Assembly: GCA_965247115.1 (NCBI GenBank)
Contig: CBDFGR010000003.1
Location: forward strand, 1,408,001-1,472,000
DNA: 64,000 nt
Reading direction: 5' to 3'
DNA from: Myxococcota bacterium
GTDB lineage: Bacteria; Myxococcota_A; UBA9160; SZUA-336
Below are positions 46,446 to 57,400 of the stretch, in pieces. The stretch's first letter is position 1, and each line of letters begins with the position of its first letter. Position numbers and translations under genes: made by a program. The notes beneath the pieces were generated by a model that worked only from the letters and a program-made list of their open reading frames with translations, made no database searches and was not told where the DNA came from.

Positions 46446-47774
46446 ACCGTCGGGGACGAATGCCGGTGACAATACTCCCCGCTCCTGGGTGCGTAAAGCG
46501 AGCCGGCGCAGCAAGATGGCGCCGAGCGCGGCCCGCTCTGACAGGCTGTGCAGGACGGCGAATTCGCGGTCGGTATGCGCCGCGCCGCCGCGCACGCCCA
46601 TCGAATCGAGCGTCGGCAAGCCCAGCGCTCCGGTCAGCGAGCCATCGGTTCCGCCGCCAGCATGGATGGGTGGAGATAACTCGGCGCCGAGGGCACGCGC
46701 GACCTCCGCGTGCAGCTCGAGCAGCTCCTGGGTGGCGTCCGTCTCTCGCTTTGGCGGACGATGCAGGGTGCCCCAAAGCGCTGCCTGCGTTCCCTCTACA
46801 TGTGGGTGAGCGGCGATCTGCTCCAGGCGCTCGCGGATCTCGTCGCCCTGTGTTGGCTCGTCGTAGCGAAGATCGATCCAGGCCTCCGCGAACTCGGGCA
46901 CGATGTTGCGCTTGGTGCCCCCGTCGAAGGTCCCGGTGTTGACCGTGATGCCCGCGTCGTAGTCCGTCAGCGCTTCGATCTCCACGACCTTTCGCGCGAG
47001 GGCGAGAATGGCGCTCCGGCCCTTGCTGTGCGAGCCACCCGCGTGCGCCGCCAGGCCATCCACTGTGAGATAGAACTGCCCCAGGCCTCGGCGGGAGCGA
47101 ACCATCTCGCCGTCTGCCCGCGCGCTCTCGAAGACGAACCCGAGCGTGGCAGCGCGCGCCTCCGCCTCGATGCGCGCCCGCGAGCTGAGCGATCCAATCT
47201 CCTCGTCGGCGTTCAGAAGCACGGTCCACTGCGCCCGGTCGAGATCGCCGCTCTCGGCCAGCGCCTGCAGAACAAAGAGCAGCACGACCAGGCCGCCCTT
47301 CATGTCCGACACGCCCGGTCCGATCACGCGCGCCGGGTCGCCCCGGTCGGGCCGGTAGCTCTGAAAGGGGGAGTCCGGCTCGAAGACGGTGTCGTAGTGG
47401 CCCACGACCAGGAAGCGCTGGCTTGTCGGGCCAGGTCCGGGCCGCCGCGCGACGATCAGGGGCCCGATCTCGACGCGCCCGCGGCCGGGGTAGTCGTCGA
47501 GCGTTTCGGAGTGGAGCTCGACCTCGAAGCCCAGCTCGAGCAAGGGGGCAACGAGCAGCTGGGCGAAAGCCTGCAGCCCGGGACGGTTGAACGTGCCGGT
47601 GTTCAGACCCACCCAGCGCTCGAGCTGCGACGCCATCTCCTGCTGTCGGGCCTGCAGGCGGTCGCGGATCTGGCGCTCCTCGGCATCGAGCTGGGCCGCG
47701 GCGGGAGGCGCGGCCGCCGCCGGGGGCGAAGTCAGGGCGAGAAACAGCAACGTGCACGCCGCCTTTCGCAGCAA
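46380..47774 (-). CDS. Secreted M20 metallopeptidase (glutamate carboxypeptidase-like)
   Basis: TTG start behind GGAGG; signal peptide; GHYDTVF, DMKGG, DEEIGS, GGGTDG, AHTDRE; 3' end runs into ffs. Confidence 0.85.
   Translation of the reverse strand: MLRKAACTLLFLALTSPPAAAAPPAAAQLDAEERQIRDRLQARQQEMASQLERWVGLNTGTFNRPGLQAFAQLLVAPLLELGFEVELHSETLDDYPGRGRVEIGPLIVARRPGPGPTSQRFLVVGHYDTVFEPDSPFQSYRPDRGDPARVIGPGVSDMKGGLVVLLFVLQALAESGDLDRAQWTVLLNADEEIGSLSSRARIEAEARAATLGFVFESARADGEMVRSRRGLGQFYLTVDGLAAHAGGSHSKGRSAILALARKVVEIEALTDYDAGITVNTGTFDGGTKRNIVPEFAEAWIDLRYDEPTQGDEIRERLEQIAAHPHVEGTQAALWGTLHRPPKRETDATQELLELHAEVARALGAELSPPIHAGGGTDGSLTGALGLPTLDSMGVRGGAAHTDREFAVLHSLSERAALGAILLRRLALRTQERGVLSPAFVPDGDRWAPAGGSLVNPARSGRKQR
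46469..46497 (-). promoter_or_regulatory. Sigma70-like promoter for ffs-dnaX
   Basis: TTTACG-N17-TATTGT immediately upstream of the SRP hairpin. Confidence 0.55.
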
Positions 47775-47822
47775 CCGGACACCTCCCAGGTAGCGGGCGC
47801 CATAGTACCGTACACTTGAGAC

Positions 47823-48749
47823 ATGGCTCGTCGCGGCGTTTCCGTCCCGATCGCGCTGACGGTCGCACTCGTGACCATCACCGTCGCGCTCACCGCGGGC
47901 TGGCAGATCCTGGTGGCGCGCGAGTTCGAGGCCTTCGTCGAGGGCTTCACCACCGTCCACTGGCTGCTCGTGATCCTCGGCTCGCTGTTCTTCGTCACGA
48001 TCATCACGGTGGCGATCCTGCAGGCCGTCTGGCTGGTGCGCGAGATCCGCACGAACCAGCGGCAGCAGAACTTCCTGGACGCCGTCACCCACGAGCTTCA
48101 CACGCCGCTGACCTCGCTGCGCCTCTATGTCGACACGCTGCAGGGAAAGTCGCTCGACGAGGCGCAGCGCGGCGAGTTCCTCAACGTCATGTCGGACGAC
48201 ATCGACCGGCTGCAGCGCACGATCGACCAGATCCTGAGCGCGGCGCGCACGGACGAACGCAGGAACTACCGCACGGCCGTCGACCTGCGCCGTCTGCTCG
48301 GGGAGTGTGTGGCCGACGCGCGGGAACGCTTCGGTCTGGATGAAGAGTCGCTGCGGCTCCACGTCCCGGCACTCGCGCGCGTGCGCGGCGACCTCGAGCA
48401 GCTGCGCCTCGCCTTCCGCAACCTGATCGAGAACGCGATCCGCTACGCGGGAGAGAAGACGCGGGTCGAGGTACGCGTGCGCCCGGCCTCGGGCCGCAAG
48501 CTCGAGGTCGAGGTGGAGGACCAGGGCATCGGGCTGGCCGAGTCGGCGCTGGGCCGTGTCTTCCAGCGCTTCCAGCGGGAAGCCGTGCGCAGTCCGAGCG
48601 GGCTCGGCCTGGGGCTCTTCATCGTCCGCAACGTGGTCCGCGGGCACGGCGGAACCGTGCGGGCCGAGAGCGACGGCGAGGGAAAGGGCAGTCGGTTCAT
48701 CGTCACGCTCCCCGGACAGCTCGATGAATCCATCCATTCTGCTCGTTGA
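47823..48749 (+). CDS. Membrane sensor histidine kinase
   Basis: Two TM helices; THELHTPL, NLIENAIRY, DQGIG, GLGLGL. Confidence 0.92.
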   Translation: MARRGVSVPIALTVALVTITVALTAGWQILVAREFEAFVEGFTTVHWLLVILGSLFFVTIITVAILQAVWLVREIRTNQRQQNFLDAVTHELHTPLTSLRLYVDTLQGKSLDEAQRGEFLNVMSDDIDRLQRTIDQILSAARTDERRNYRTAVDLRRLLGECVADARERFGLDEESLRLHVPALARVRGDLEQLRLAFRNLIENAIRYAGEKTRVEVRVRPASGRKLEVEVEDQGIGLAESALGRVFQRFQREAVRSPSGLGLGLFIVRNVVRGHGGTVRAESDGEGKGSRFIVTLPGQLDESIHSAR

Positions 48750-49422
48750 GGACGAAGAGCACCTCGCTCGGGGCCTACGCTTCAACTTCGAGGCGGAGGG
48801 CTACCACGTAGAGAACTTCGAGCGCGGCGAGGACGCGCTCGAACGGCTCGAGGCTAAGGACGCGGAGCCCGTCGACCTCGTCGTTCTCGACGTCCTGCTC
48901 CCGGGCATCTCTGGTATCGAGGTCCTCGAGCAGCTGCGCAAGCACGACAATCCCGTCCCGGTCCTGCTCCTCACCGCGCGCGACACCGACCAGGACATAG
49001 TCGCGGGGCTCGACAGGGGCGCGGACGACTATCTGACCAAGCCCTTCTCGTTACCGGTGTTGCTGGCCCGCGTGCGTACGCTGCTGCGACGCGCCACTCA
49101 CGTCGACGAAAACACCACGGAGCACGCGTTCCGGATCGGCAAGGTCACCGTCCACCCGAATCGCTTCGAGCTCGAACGCAACGGCGAGCGCCTGAAGCTC
49201 ACCGCGAAGGAGCTCGCCCTGCTCACGCTCCTCTTCGCCCGCCGCGGCAGCGCGGTCAGCCGCGGCGAGATCCTCCAGCAGGTCTGGGACCTCCACCCCG
49301 AGACCCGTACCCGCGTCGTCGACACCTTCGTCCTCCGCCTCCGCAAGCTCATCGAGCCCAACCCAAAGTCCCCCGAGTTCCTCCTCTCCGTCCGCTCCTT
49401 CGGCTACCGCCTGGAAGCCTGA
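48724..49422 (+). CDS. OmpR-family response regulator
   Basis: LLVEDE, LDVLLPG, GADDYLTKPF, winged helix TRVVDTFVLRLRKLIE...GYR. Confidence 0.94.
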   Translation: MNPSILLVEDEEHLARGLRFNFEAEGYHVENFERGEDALERLEAKDAEPVDLVVLDVLLPGISGIEVLEQLRKHDNPVPVLLLTARDTDQDIVAGLDRGADDYLTKPFSLPVLLARVRTLLRRATHVDENTTEHAFRIGKVTVHPNRFELERNGERLKLTAKELALLTLLFARRGSAVSRGEILQQVWDLHPETRTRVVDTFVLRLRKLIEPNPKSPEFLLSVRSFGYRLEA

Positions 49423-49425
49423 ACT

Positions 49426-49480
49426 TAGGCTCCGAAGTTAGAACTTAGGGACGGTCCTTAAGTTCTAACTTCGGAGCCTA
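49426..49480. repeat. 55-bp palindrome centred on the REP-like core, between convergent genes
   Basis: 22-bp perfect arms 49426-49447/49459-49480 around GGGACGGTCCT. Confidence 0.88.
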
Positions 49481-51674
49481 GGAGGAGGAGGGTGGCGAGC
49501 ATGGCTCCCAGGCCCGTTGCCAGGGCCAGGGGGAAGGACCAGAAGGGGAAGGCCAGGGAGGGAAGGTAGCCGGTCAGGATGGCGATGGCGGCGACGAGGA
49601 GGGCGTAGGGGGCCTGGGTGCGGACGTGGTCGATGTGGTCGCTCGCGGTGGCGACGGAGGAGAGGACGGTCGTGTCGGAGATGGGGGAGCAGTGGTCGCC
49701 GAAGATCGAGCCTTCGAGGACGGCGCCGATGCACACGACGACCAGACCCAGCGATCCGATCTCGTGCTGTGCACCCACCGCGGCCGCCAGGCCGACCACG
49801 TTCGGCAGCAGGATCGACATCGTTCCCCAGGACGTTCCCGTCGCGAAGGAGACACCGCTCGCGGCCACGAAGAGCAGTGTGGGAAGCCAGAGCGCGTCGA
49901 CGCGGCCGGAGGTCAGGGCCACCAGATAGTCGGCGGTGCTCACGTCGACGCAGACGCGCCCGATCATCCAGGCCTCGAACAGTATGATGATCGCAATGGT
50001 GAGCGCGCGCGTACTGACTAGCGCGGCGCGCGCCGCATCCCGTCCGAGCAGGTGCCCGCGACGCGTGCGCCAGAGACCGAGCGGCCAGCCAACGAGCGCC
50101 CAGCCGGCCACGAATGGCCCTGCGTAGGCGAGTGGTCCGGCGAGTCCCTCACCCAGGTAGGCCGCAAGCTCACCCTCCAGGGGCGGACCCAGGGCGACAG
50201 CTGCCACGACACCCGCAACGAGCCCCCCGCGCAGCCCGTTCGAGCCGCTGAGGAACAGCGTCAGGAACAGCCCGACACAGCTGGCGCTGAAGAGAGCGGA
50301 GGCGCCACTTCCGTCGAGCAGCACGCCCGTGATCCCCGGCAGTGTCAGCAGGCGGGCGGGATCGTCGGCGAGCACCGCGTACCCGCCGCCGCGTCGAAAG
50401 ATCTCCTGCATGGCGACGAGCACGACGGCCAGGATCGGGATCAGGGCGTTCCGCGCACGCGGCGCGATGTCGGAGCTCGCTCGAAGCTCGGTCATCTCGG
50501 CAGAGACCATGGGAGTCCCGCCCTTGCGCACGAGCTGACCCAGGTTGCGCGCGCGTCGCTCCGCCGTGCGCATGGGACCAAAGTCGCGGCCCGTCCAGAT
50601 GACGAGCGCGACGAAGCAGAGCGCGAAGATGCTGTAGAAGCGAAACGGGATGGTCTGAAAGAAGATCGCGTAGGCATTCTCGACGATCCCCGCAGCGGGA
50701 AGCTGGGGGGCGTAGGTGGAGACCTCGAACGCGATCCACGTGGAGACGACCGAGAGGCCCGCCACCGGAGCGGCCGTGCTGTCCACGATATAGGCCAGCT
50801 TCTCGCGCGAGACCCCGAGGCGATCGGTCAGCGGCCGCATGGAGTTGCCGACGATCAGGCAGTTCGAGTAATCGTCGAAGAACAGACCGAGTCCCGACGC
50901 AAAGGCCACGGCAAGGGTGGAGCGAACGGTTCGCGCGAAGCGCTGCACCTGATGAATCATTCCCATCACGCCGCCGCTCCGGGTCATCACCCCCACCATC
51001 GAGATCAGCGCGACGGTGAAGCCGATCACCTCCAGCCGGAACGTGTCCAGGATCTCGCGGCGCAGGTAGACGGCAAACACGTCCCAGAACGCGGCCGGGA
51101 GCACGAAGAGCGCAGAGACGTCGGTCTGCAGGCGCATGAGCGCGGCACCCGACAGGATCCCGAGGAAGAGCGCGGTTACCGTCGCGCGAAAAGCCAGTGC
51201 AACGGTGATGGCGAGCAGCGGTGGCAGGAGCGCGGTCCGCGTCGGGACGGTCCAGGGGCCGAGCACGTCAAAACGCTGCACCCCGCTCCCGCGATGGAGC
51301 GCGGCCCGAAGCGTGAGCGCGTTTCCCTCTTCCCCCAGTAGGAGCTCGAGCCTGGGCTCGGCGGTGCCCTCGACTGCGCTGAAGCTCGTGCCGCGCTCGG
51401 CGTTCACCACGTTCAGCAGCGAGTCGAAGGAGCGCCGGAATACCGGATCGTCCTCGACACTTCGCCCGTCGTACTCGATCGACAGCTGGAAGCGCCCGTC
51501 ACCGGCGTCCGACTCCGCGAGCGCGTCGAAGATCGTCGTGCCGGCCTCCCCCTCGAGCAGGTGCGGGACGCCCTGAGCGACGAGAGCGTCGCGATCGGGC
51601 TCGGGATAAAGAAGCGCCAGGGCGAGTGCGATCCCGACGAGCGGAAGCAGCCGCGCGGCCAGACGCGTGTTCAT
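49458..51674 (-). CDS. Na+/H+ antiporter NhaC-family membrane protein with extra N-terminal domain
   Basis: FFDDYSN, SREKLAYIVDSTAAP, ATGTSWGTM, GDHCSPISDTT. Confidence 0.9.
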   Translation of the reverse strand: MNTRLAARLLPLVGIALALALLYPEPDRDALVAQGVPHLLEGEAGTTIFDALAESDAGDGRFQLSIEYDGRSVEDDPVFRRSFDSLLNVVNAERGTSFSAVEGTAEPRLELLLGEEGNALTLRAALHRGSGVQRFDVLGPWTVPTRTALLPPLLAITVALAFRATVTALFLGILSGAALMRLQTDVSALFVLPAAFWDVFAVYLRREILDTFRLEVIGFTVALISMVGVMTRSGGVMGMIHQVQRFARTVRSTLAVAFASGLGLFFDDYSNCLIVGNSMRPLTDRLGVSREKLAYIVDSTAAPVAGLSVVSTWIAFEVSTYAPQLPAAGIVENAYAIFFQTIPFRFYSIFALCFVALVIWTGRDFGPMRTAERRARNLGQLVRKGGTPMVSAEMTELRASSDIAPRARNALIPILAVVLVAMQEIFRRGGGYAVLADDPARLLTLPGITGVLLDGSGASALFSASCVGLFLTLFLSGSNGLRGGLVAGVVAAVALGPPLEGELAAYLGEGLAGPLAYAGPFVAGWALVGWPLGLWRTRRGHLLGRDAARAALVSTRALTIAIIILFEAWMIGRVCVDVSTADYLVALTSGRVDALWLPTLLFVAASGVSFATGTSWGTMSILLPNVVGLAAAVGAQHEIGSLGLVVVCIGAVLEGSIFGDHCSPISDTTVLSSVATASDHIDHVRTQAPYALLVAAIAILTGYLPSLAFPFWSFPLALATGLGAMLATLLLLGSEVRT

Positions 51675-51867
51675 CCAGATCCGTCTCCGTGGGGGCGGCG
51701 CGATTGTAGCGCCGCGGCGCAAACAATCAGTGCGCCTTCCGCCAATACTCGCGCTCCGCTTCGCCGCTTAAGTTCAACAGCGGCGGCCATGCAGATGATC
51801 CAGATGCACACCGACGAGGAGCGCGAGAAGAAGGAGAAGCCCGCCGCGGAGTGATAGGGCGAGCGGT

Positions 51868-52068
51868 CTATTCGGCGCTCGCGGAGGCCTTGAGTGTCAG
51901 GTACAGTCCGATTGCTGCGATGACCACGCCCGCGGCGCTGCCTGAGGCCTGCTGACGGCCGAAGCCGGCATCGTCTCCAATTCCGACGACATCGGCGAGC
52001 AGAGACGCGCCCAACAGTCCTATCCCAACTAGTAGCAACGCGATAGCTGCCGTCTTGTTGCCTTGCAT
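51868..52068 (-). CDS. Small two-helix membrane protein
   Basis: GGAGG SD; 66 aa with two hydrophobic segments around GIGDDAGFG. Confidence 0.6.
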   Translation of the reverse strand: MQGNKTAAIALLLVGIGLLGASLLADVVGIGDDAGFGRQQASGSAAGVVIAAIGLYLTLKASASAE

Positions 52069-52177
52069 GAGCCGCCTCCGGGCATTCCAGTCCTCGGCTA
52101 TCGTCTCACTGCTCGGCGTGATGTCAAGCGCAGCGACGCCACGACGGGTTGGGATTGACGGTAGACTCGGCCGCACC

Positions 52178-53197
52178 GTGAAGCCCGTCGGAGTCATCGT
52201 GAATCCCGTGTCCGGGCGGGATGTCAGGCGGCTGGCGGCGCGGGCGCGGAGCTCCACGCCGGAGGACAAGCGCAACCAGGTGGCGCGAGCCGTTGTCGGG
52301 GCGGCGGCGGCCGGGGCGGAGCGGATCATCGTGTTCAAGGATCCGTTCCGCATCGGGATCGGTGCCGTCGAGAGCCTGCGGATCGATGCGAAGATCGAGG
52401 TGCTCGACATCGGCGCATCCGTCAAGCCCGAGGACACGACGCGCGCGGCCGAGCTGATGCGCGAGGCCGGCTGCGGCGCGGTCGTCGTGCTCGGGGGCGA
52501 CGGCACGAATCGCGGCATCGTCAAAGTGTGGGAGGAGGCGCCGCTGCTGCCAATCTCCACGGGAACGAACAACACCTTCCCGGTCATGGTCGAGGCGACG
52601 GTCGCAGGCGCGGCCTGCGGACTCGTGGCGTCCGGACGAATCGAACTGCACGAGGTCGCCCGGCCGGCCAAGCTGATCCGGCTCGAGCTCGAGGGCCGGC
52701 CGGCGGACCTCGGCCTGATCGACGTGGTGCTGCTCGTCGACGACATGGTCGGGAACCTGCTGCCCTACGATCCCGCCAAGCTCCGCACCCTCGTGCTCTC
52801 CCGCGCGGTCGCGTCCGGCGTGGGCATGACGCCGATCGGGGGGCTGCTCGAGAGCTGCGGTGCGGAGGACGAGTACGGGCTCGTGGTCGAGTGCACGGGA
52901 CCGGAGGGCGGCGGGCGCCCGCTGCGGGCCCCGCTCTCGCAGGGCCTGTACCGGCACGCGTACGTGCGCAGCTGGCGCAAGGTCTCGCTCGGCGAGCCGG
53001 TCGTGATACGCGGACCTGGCGTGCTGGCGCTGGATGGCGATCGCGAGCACACGCTCGCAGACGGCGAGACCGCGCAGCTCCGCGTGCTCCGCGAGGGTCC
53101 GCGCGTGATCGACGTGGAGCGAGCGATGCGGCTCGCCAGGGAGCGCGAGCTGTTCTTCGACCTGGAAGGCTGGCACGACGCGCTGGACGAGCTCTAG
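52178..53197 (+). CDS. ATP-NAD kinase/AcoX-like protein
   Basis: NPVSGRDVRRL, LGGDGTNR, STGTNNTFP, ALDGDRE. Confidence 0.85.
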   Translation: MKPVGVIVNPVSGRDVRRLAARARSSTPEDKRNQVARAVVGAAAAGAERIIVFKDPFRIGIGAVESLRIDAKIEVLDIGASVKPEDTTRAAELMREAGCGAVVVLGGDGTNRGIVKVWEEAPLLPISTGTNNTFPVMVEATVAGAACGLVASGRIELHEVARPAKLIRLELEGRPADLGLIDVVLLVDDMVGNLLPYDPAKLRTLVLSRAVASGVGMTPIGGLLESCGAEDEYGLVVECTGPEGGGRPLRAPLSQGLYRHAYVRSWRKVSLGEPVVIRGPGVLALDGDREHTLADGETAQLRVLREGPRVIDVERAMRLARERELFFDLEGWHDALDEL

Positions 53198-53401
53198 CCG
53201 AAGCGCGGACCGCAAGCTCGCGGCGGCGCTCGCCGCGCTGCGCTCTGTGCGCGACGACCCGTGCTCGGAAGCCGTTGCCGCAGAGCTGCGCAATGCGCTC
53301 GAGCAGCGCTCTGCCGGCGTAGGCGCGACACCGTTCCGCGGCGCGCGATCTGGACCTGGCTGCAGGCTCGGGAAGAGGCTCTGACGGGCTGGTAGAATGC
53401 C

Positions 53402-54487
53402 GTGGTGTTCGGATCCCCCCGAGACATCGCCGCGCTCGGCGCGGCTCTGGCTCTGCTCTTCTCCGCAGGCTGTGACGAGCCCCAGTCGGCTGACTTTGGA
53501 GGGCGACCCCCCGCCACAGTGGAGGCAGTGCGCCTCGATCCCCGACCGTTCACCGACATCATCGGCCTGGTCGGCCATCTGGAGGCCGAAGAGTCCGTCG
53601 TCATCCGCCCCGAGATCTCGGGGGTGATCGAGGAGATCGGCTTCAGGGAGGGCGAGACGGTCGCCGCGGGCGAGGTATTGTTCCGCCTGCGCGACGGCGA
53701 GCAACGCGCAGACCTGCGCTCGGCCACGGCAGGGCGGGAACTCGCCCGCGACGTCTATCGCCGCACCCAGGAGCTCTCCAAACGCGAGGTATCCGCGGTC
53801 GCCGAGCTCGACCGCGCAGTCGCGGAGCTCGAAGCCGCCGAGGCGGGCGTCGATCTCGCACGCGTGGAGCTGGATCGCACTCAGATCCGCGCTCCCTTCG
53901 ACGGGGCTGTCGGCGCTCGCTGGGTGTCTCCCGGGGACCGTGTCCTAGACACGACAGACCTGGTGCAGATCGACAAGATCGATCGTCTCCAGCTGCTGTT
54001 CACGCTGCCCGAGACCGCAGTCGGCCTGGCCCGCAAGGGTATTCGCGTCGAGCTTGCGATCGCCCCCTTCCCAGACGAGCGCTTCGGAGGCGAGGTCTAC
54101 TTCGTCTCGCCAACGCTCGACCCGAACAGCCGGCGGCTCTTGCTCAAGGCCTGGATCCCGAACCCGACCGGGCGGCTCCGCCCCGGACAGTTCGCCACGC
54201 TGGAGGTCGAAGTCGAGCACATCGAGAACGCGCTTGTCGCACCCGAGTCCTCCATCGCCTACGACGGCCGCGGCTTCTTCGTCTGGCGCGTGGGCGCCGG
54301 CAACACGGCCGAGCGCGTGGACGTCGAGCTGGGGCCGCGGGCCGACGCGAGCGTGGTGGTGCGCTCCGGTCTCCGCCCGGGTGACTTGGTGGTGAGCGCC
54401 GGAACTCACAAGATCTACCCCGGGGCAACGCTCAATCTGCGAGAGAACCCCCAGGTGGCAGCAGGTCCCCCGGAGGAGACGCAGTGA
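53402..54487 (+). CDS. RND efflux periplasmic adaptor (lipoprotein)
   Basis: Lipobox-like SAGC; IRPEISG, IRAPFDG, LRPGQF. Confidence 0.92.
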   Translation: MVFGSPRDIAALGAALALLFSAGCDEPQSADFGGRPPATVEAVRLDPRPFTDIIGLVGHLEAEESVVIRPEISGVIEEIGFREGETVAAGEVLFRLRDGEQRADLRSATAGRELARDVYRRTQELSKREVSAVAELDRAVAELEAAEAGVDLARVELDRTQIRAPFDGAVGARWVSPGDRVLDTTDLVQIDKIDRLQLLFTLPETAVGLARKGIRVELAIAPFPDERFGGEVYFVSPTLDPNSRRLLLKAWIPNPTGRLRPGQFATLEVEVEHIENALVAPESSIAYDGRGFFVWRVGAGNTAERVDVELGPRADASVVVRSGLRPGDLVVSAGTHKIYPGATLNLRENPQVAAGPPEETQ

Positions 54488-57400
54488 GATTCTCCCAGGC
54501 CTGCATCAGCCGGCCCGTCCTCTCGACGGTCATGTCGCTGGTGATCCTGGTCTTTGGCGGCATCTCGCTCTCGCTCCTGTCAAACCGCGAGCTCCCTGAC
54601 GTCGACCCCCCCGTGGTCTCCGTGTCTACCGTGTATCTCGGCGCGGCACCGGAGGTGGTCGAGACCTCGATCACGCAGCCGCTCGAAGACGAGATCATGG
54701 GCATCGAGGGCATCAAGCACGTCACCTCGATGAGCCGCGAGCAGTCCTCTCAGATCGACATCGAGTTCGAGCTCCATCGCGACATCGACATCGCAGCAGC
54801 CGACGTGCGCGACCGGGTCGCGCGAGCGCGGCGCGAGCTGCCAGACGACGCCGAGGCACCGATCGTCTCCAAGGTGGACTCCGACGCCAGCCCGATCCTG
54901 TGGATGGCACTCAAGGGAGGTCCCTACACACAGGTCGAGCGGTCCACCATAGCGGAGACGCAGATCAAGGACCGCCTCTCCAAGCTGCCCGGCGTCGGCA
55001 ACGTCATGCTCTCCGGAGAGCGGCGTTACTCCATGCGCCTCTGGATCGACCAGCAGCGGCTGACCGCCCAGCAGCTCACGATCGCGGACGTGGCCTCCGC
55101 GCTGCAGCGCGAGAACATCGACATCCCCTCGGGACGGGTGGAGAGCACGGATCGCGAGTTCAGCGTGCGAACGCTCGGCGAGCTGAAGACCCCGGCGCAG
55201 TACGGAGACCTCATCATCGCGCGCGTCGACGGAGAGCCCGTGCGCATCCGCGACATCGGACGCGCCGAGATTGGTCCCGAAGACGAGCGCACGCTCACCC
55301 GTCAGGATGGGGAGCCGATTGTGGGACTGGGCGTCGTCAAGCAGTCCAAGGCCAACACGCTGGGCGTGCTGGACGCCGTGAAGAAGGAGCTCGACGTCAT
55401 CCGGACGGAGCTCCCCGAGGGCATGGAGCTGATCTTGTCGTCCGACTCCTCGATCTTCATCAAGGCCTCGGTCCGAGACGTCACGCTGACCATCTTCTAC
55501 GCCATAGGCCTGGTCCTGATCGTGATCTACATCTTTCTGCGCTCGTCTCGCGCCACCATCGTGCCGGCCATCTCCATCCCGGTCTCCATCGTGGGATGCT
55601 TCGCGGTCCTCTACTTCCTGGACTACTCGATCAATACGCTCACGCTCATGGGCCTGACCCTGGCCATCGGCCTGGTCGTGGACGACTCCATCGTCGTGCT
55701 CGAGAACATCAGCCGCTGGATCGAGTCGGGCATGACGCGCATGCAGGCGGCGCGCCGCGGCATCGACGAGATCGCGTTCGCGGTCATCGCGGCCAGCCTG
55801 TCGACGATCGCCGTGTTCCTGCCGCTCGCCTTCCTGACTGATACCACCGGGCGCCTCTTCCGCGAGTTCGGCATCACGGTCGCCGCCGCGGTGGCGATCT
55901 CGGGCTTCGTGGCGCTCACGCTCTCGCCCGCGCTCTGCGCGCGCATCCTCCGCGGCCACCGGCAAGATCACGGCGTCAAGGCGGTGCTGGCCTCGAGCAT
56001 CGACGGCCTGCGCTCGGGCTATGCGCGACTCCTCGGCCCCGTGCTCGCGCACCCCGTGCTGGCCGGCGTGGTCGGTGTGGCCTGGGTGGCGCTCGGCGTC
56101 TTCTTGCTCGGACAGGTGGAGCGCGAGTTCGTCCCCACCACGGATCGGTCCGAAATCCTGATCTTCACCCGAGCTCCCGAGGGCAGCACGCTCGACTACA
56201 CGGGCCGCTATCAGGCCGAGGTCGAGCAGATCCTGGGCGACACTCCCGAGGTTCGCGCATTCTTCTCGATCGTCTCCTTTGGCTTTAGCGGAGCCGGCGA
56301 GGTGAACCGGGGGATCATCTTCACTTCGCTCAAGCTCTGGGACGAGCGGGAACGTACGCAGCAGCAGATCGTGGCGGAGCTGTTCCAGAAGTTCAATCAG
56401 GTCTCCGGGATCGAGGCATACCCGACCAATCCGTCAATGCTGGAGACGAATATGTTCAACGCGCCGGTCTCCCTGGTCGTGCAGGGACCGGACATCCGCC
56501 AGCTGGCCCGCTACGGCGACGAGATCAAGCGCCGCGCCGGAGCCATCCCGGGTCTATTCAACGTCCAGACCGATCTCCTCTTGAACAAGCCACAGCTCGC
56601 GGTCGAGATCGACCGCGAACGCGCCAGCGACCTCGGCGTCTCTGCGCGGGATATCGCGTCGACCCTGCAGATCCTGCTCGGTGGGCTCGACCTCTCGACC
56701 TTCAAGCTGCGCGGCGAGACCTACGACGTGATCGCCCAGCTCGACCGGCCCGCTCGCTCCAATCCGAACGACCTGTTCGGGCTGTACGTGCGCGCGGCGA
56801 ACGGCGCGCTCATCCCCCTCGACTCGCTCGTGCGCGTGGAGGAGACGATCGCACCGCCGGGCCTACCGCACTTCGACCGCCTGCGCTCCGCAACCGTGAC
56901 GGCGAGCCTGCTGGCGGACATGCCCCTGGGCCGAGCCCTCACGCAGGTACGCGCCATAGCAGACGAGGTGGTCCCGGCGGGGACGGGCTACAGCCTGCGC
57001 TGGTCTGGCGAGTCGGAGCAGTTCTTCGACTCGTCAAACGCCCTCCTCTTCGCCTACGTCCTTGCAGTAATCCTGATCTACCTGGTACTCGCTGCCCAGT
57101 TCGAGAGCTTCATCCACCCCGCCACGATCATGGTGGCCGTTGCGGTGTCGTTCACCGGAGCGCTGCTCGCGCTGATGGCCACGGGCCAGACGCTCAACCT
57201 CTTCAGTCAGATCGGCCTGGTCATGCTGGTCGGCCTGGTGGCGAAGAACTCCATCCTGATCGTGGAGTTCGCGAACCAGCTGCGGGCCCAGGGGCTCGAG
57301 GTGATCGATGCGGTCACGCAGGCCGCGCAGACGCGCTTCCGGCCCGTGCTGATGACCGCGCTCTCTACGATCGCAGGGATCCTGCCGCTCGCGCTCGGAT

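Noticed and set aside
46380..48785. 801-aa ORF
   Set aside because: The 5' part is antisense to the histidine kinase; the peptidase begins near 47774
51789..51854. 21-codon ORF MQMIQMHTDEE...
   Set aside because: Too short, no clear SD; possibly a remnant but unsupported
53198..53400. Coding-like intergenic stretch (DRKLAAALAALR...)
   Set aside because: No start codon or recognisable family; cannot support a gene call
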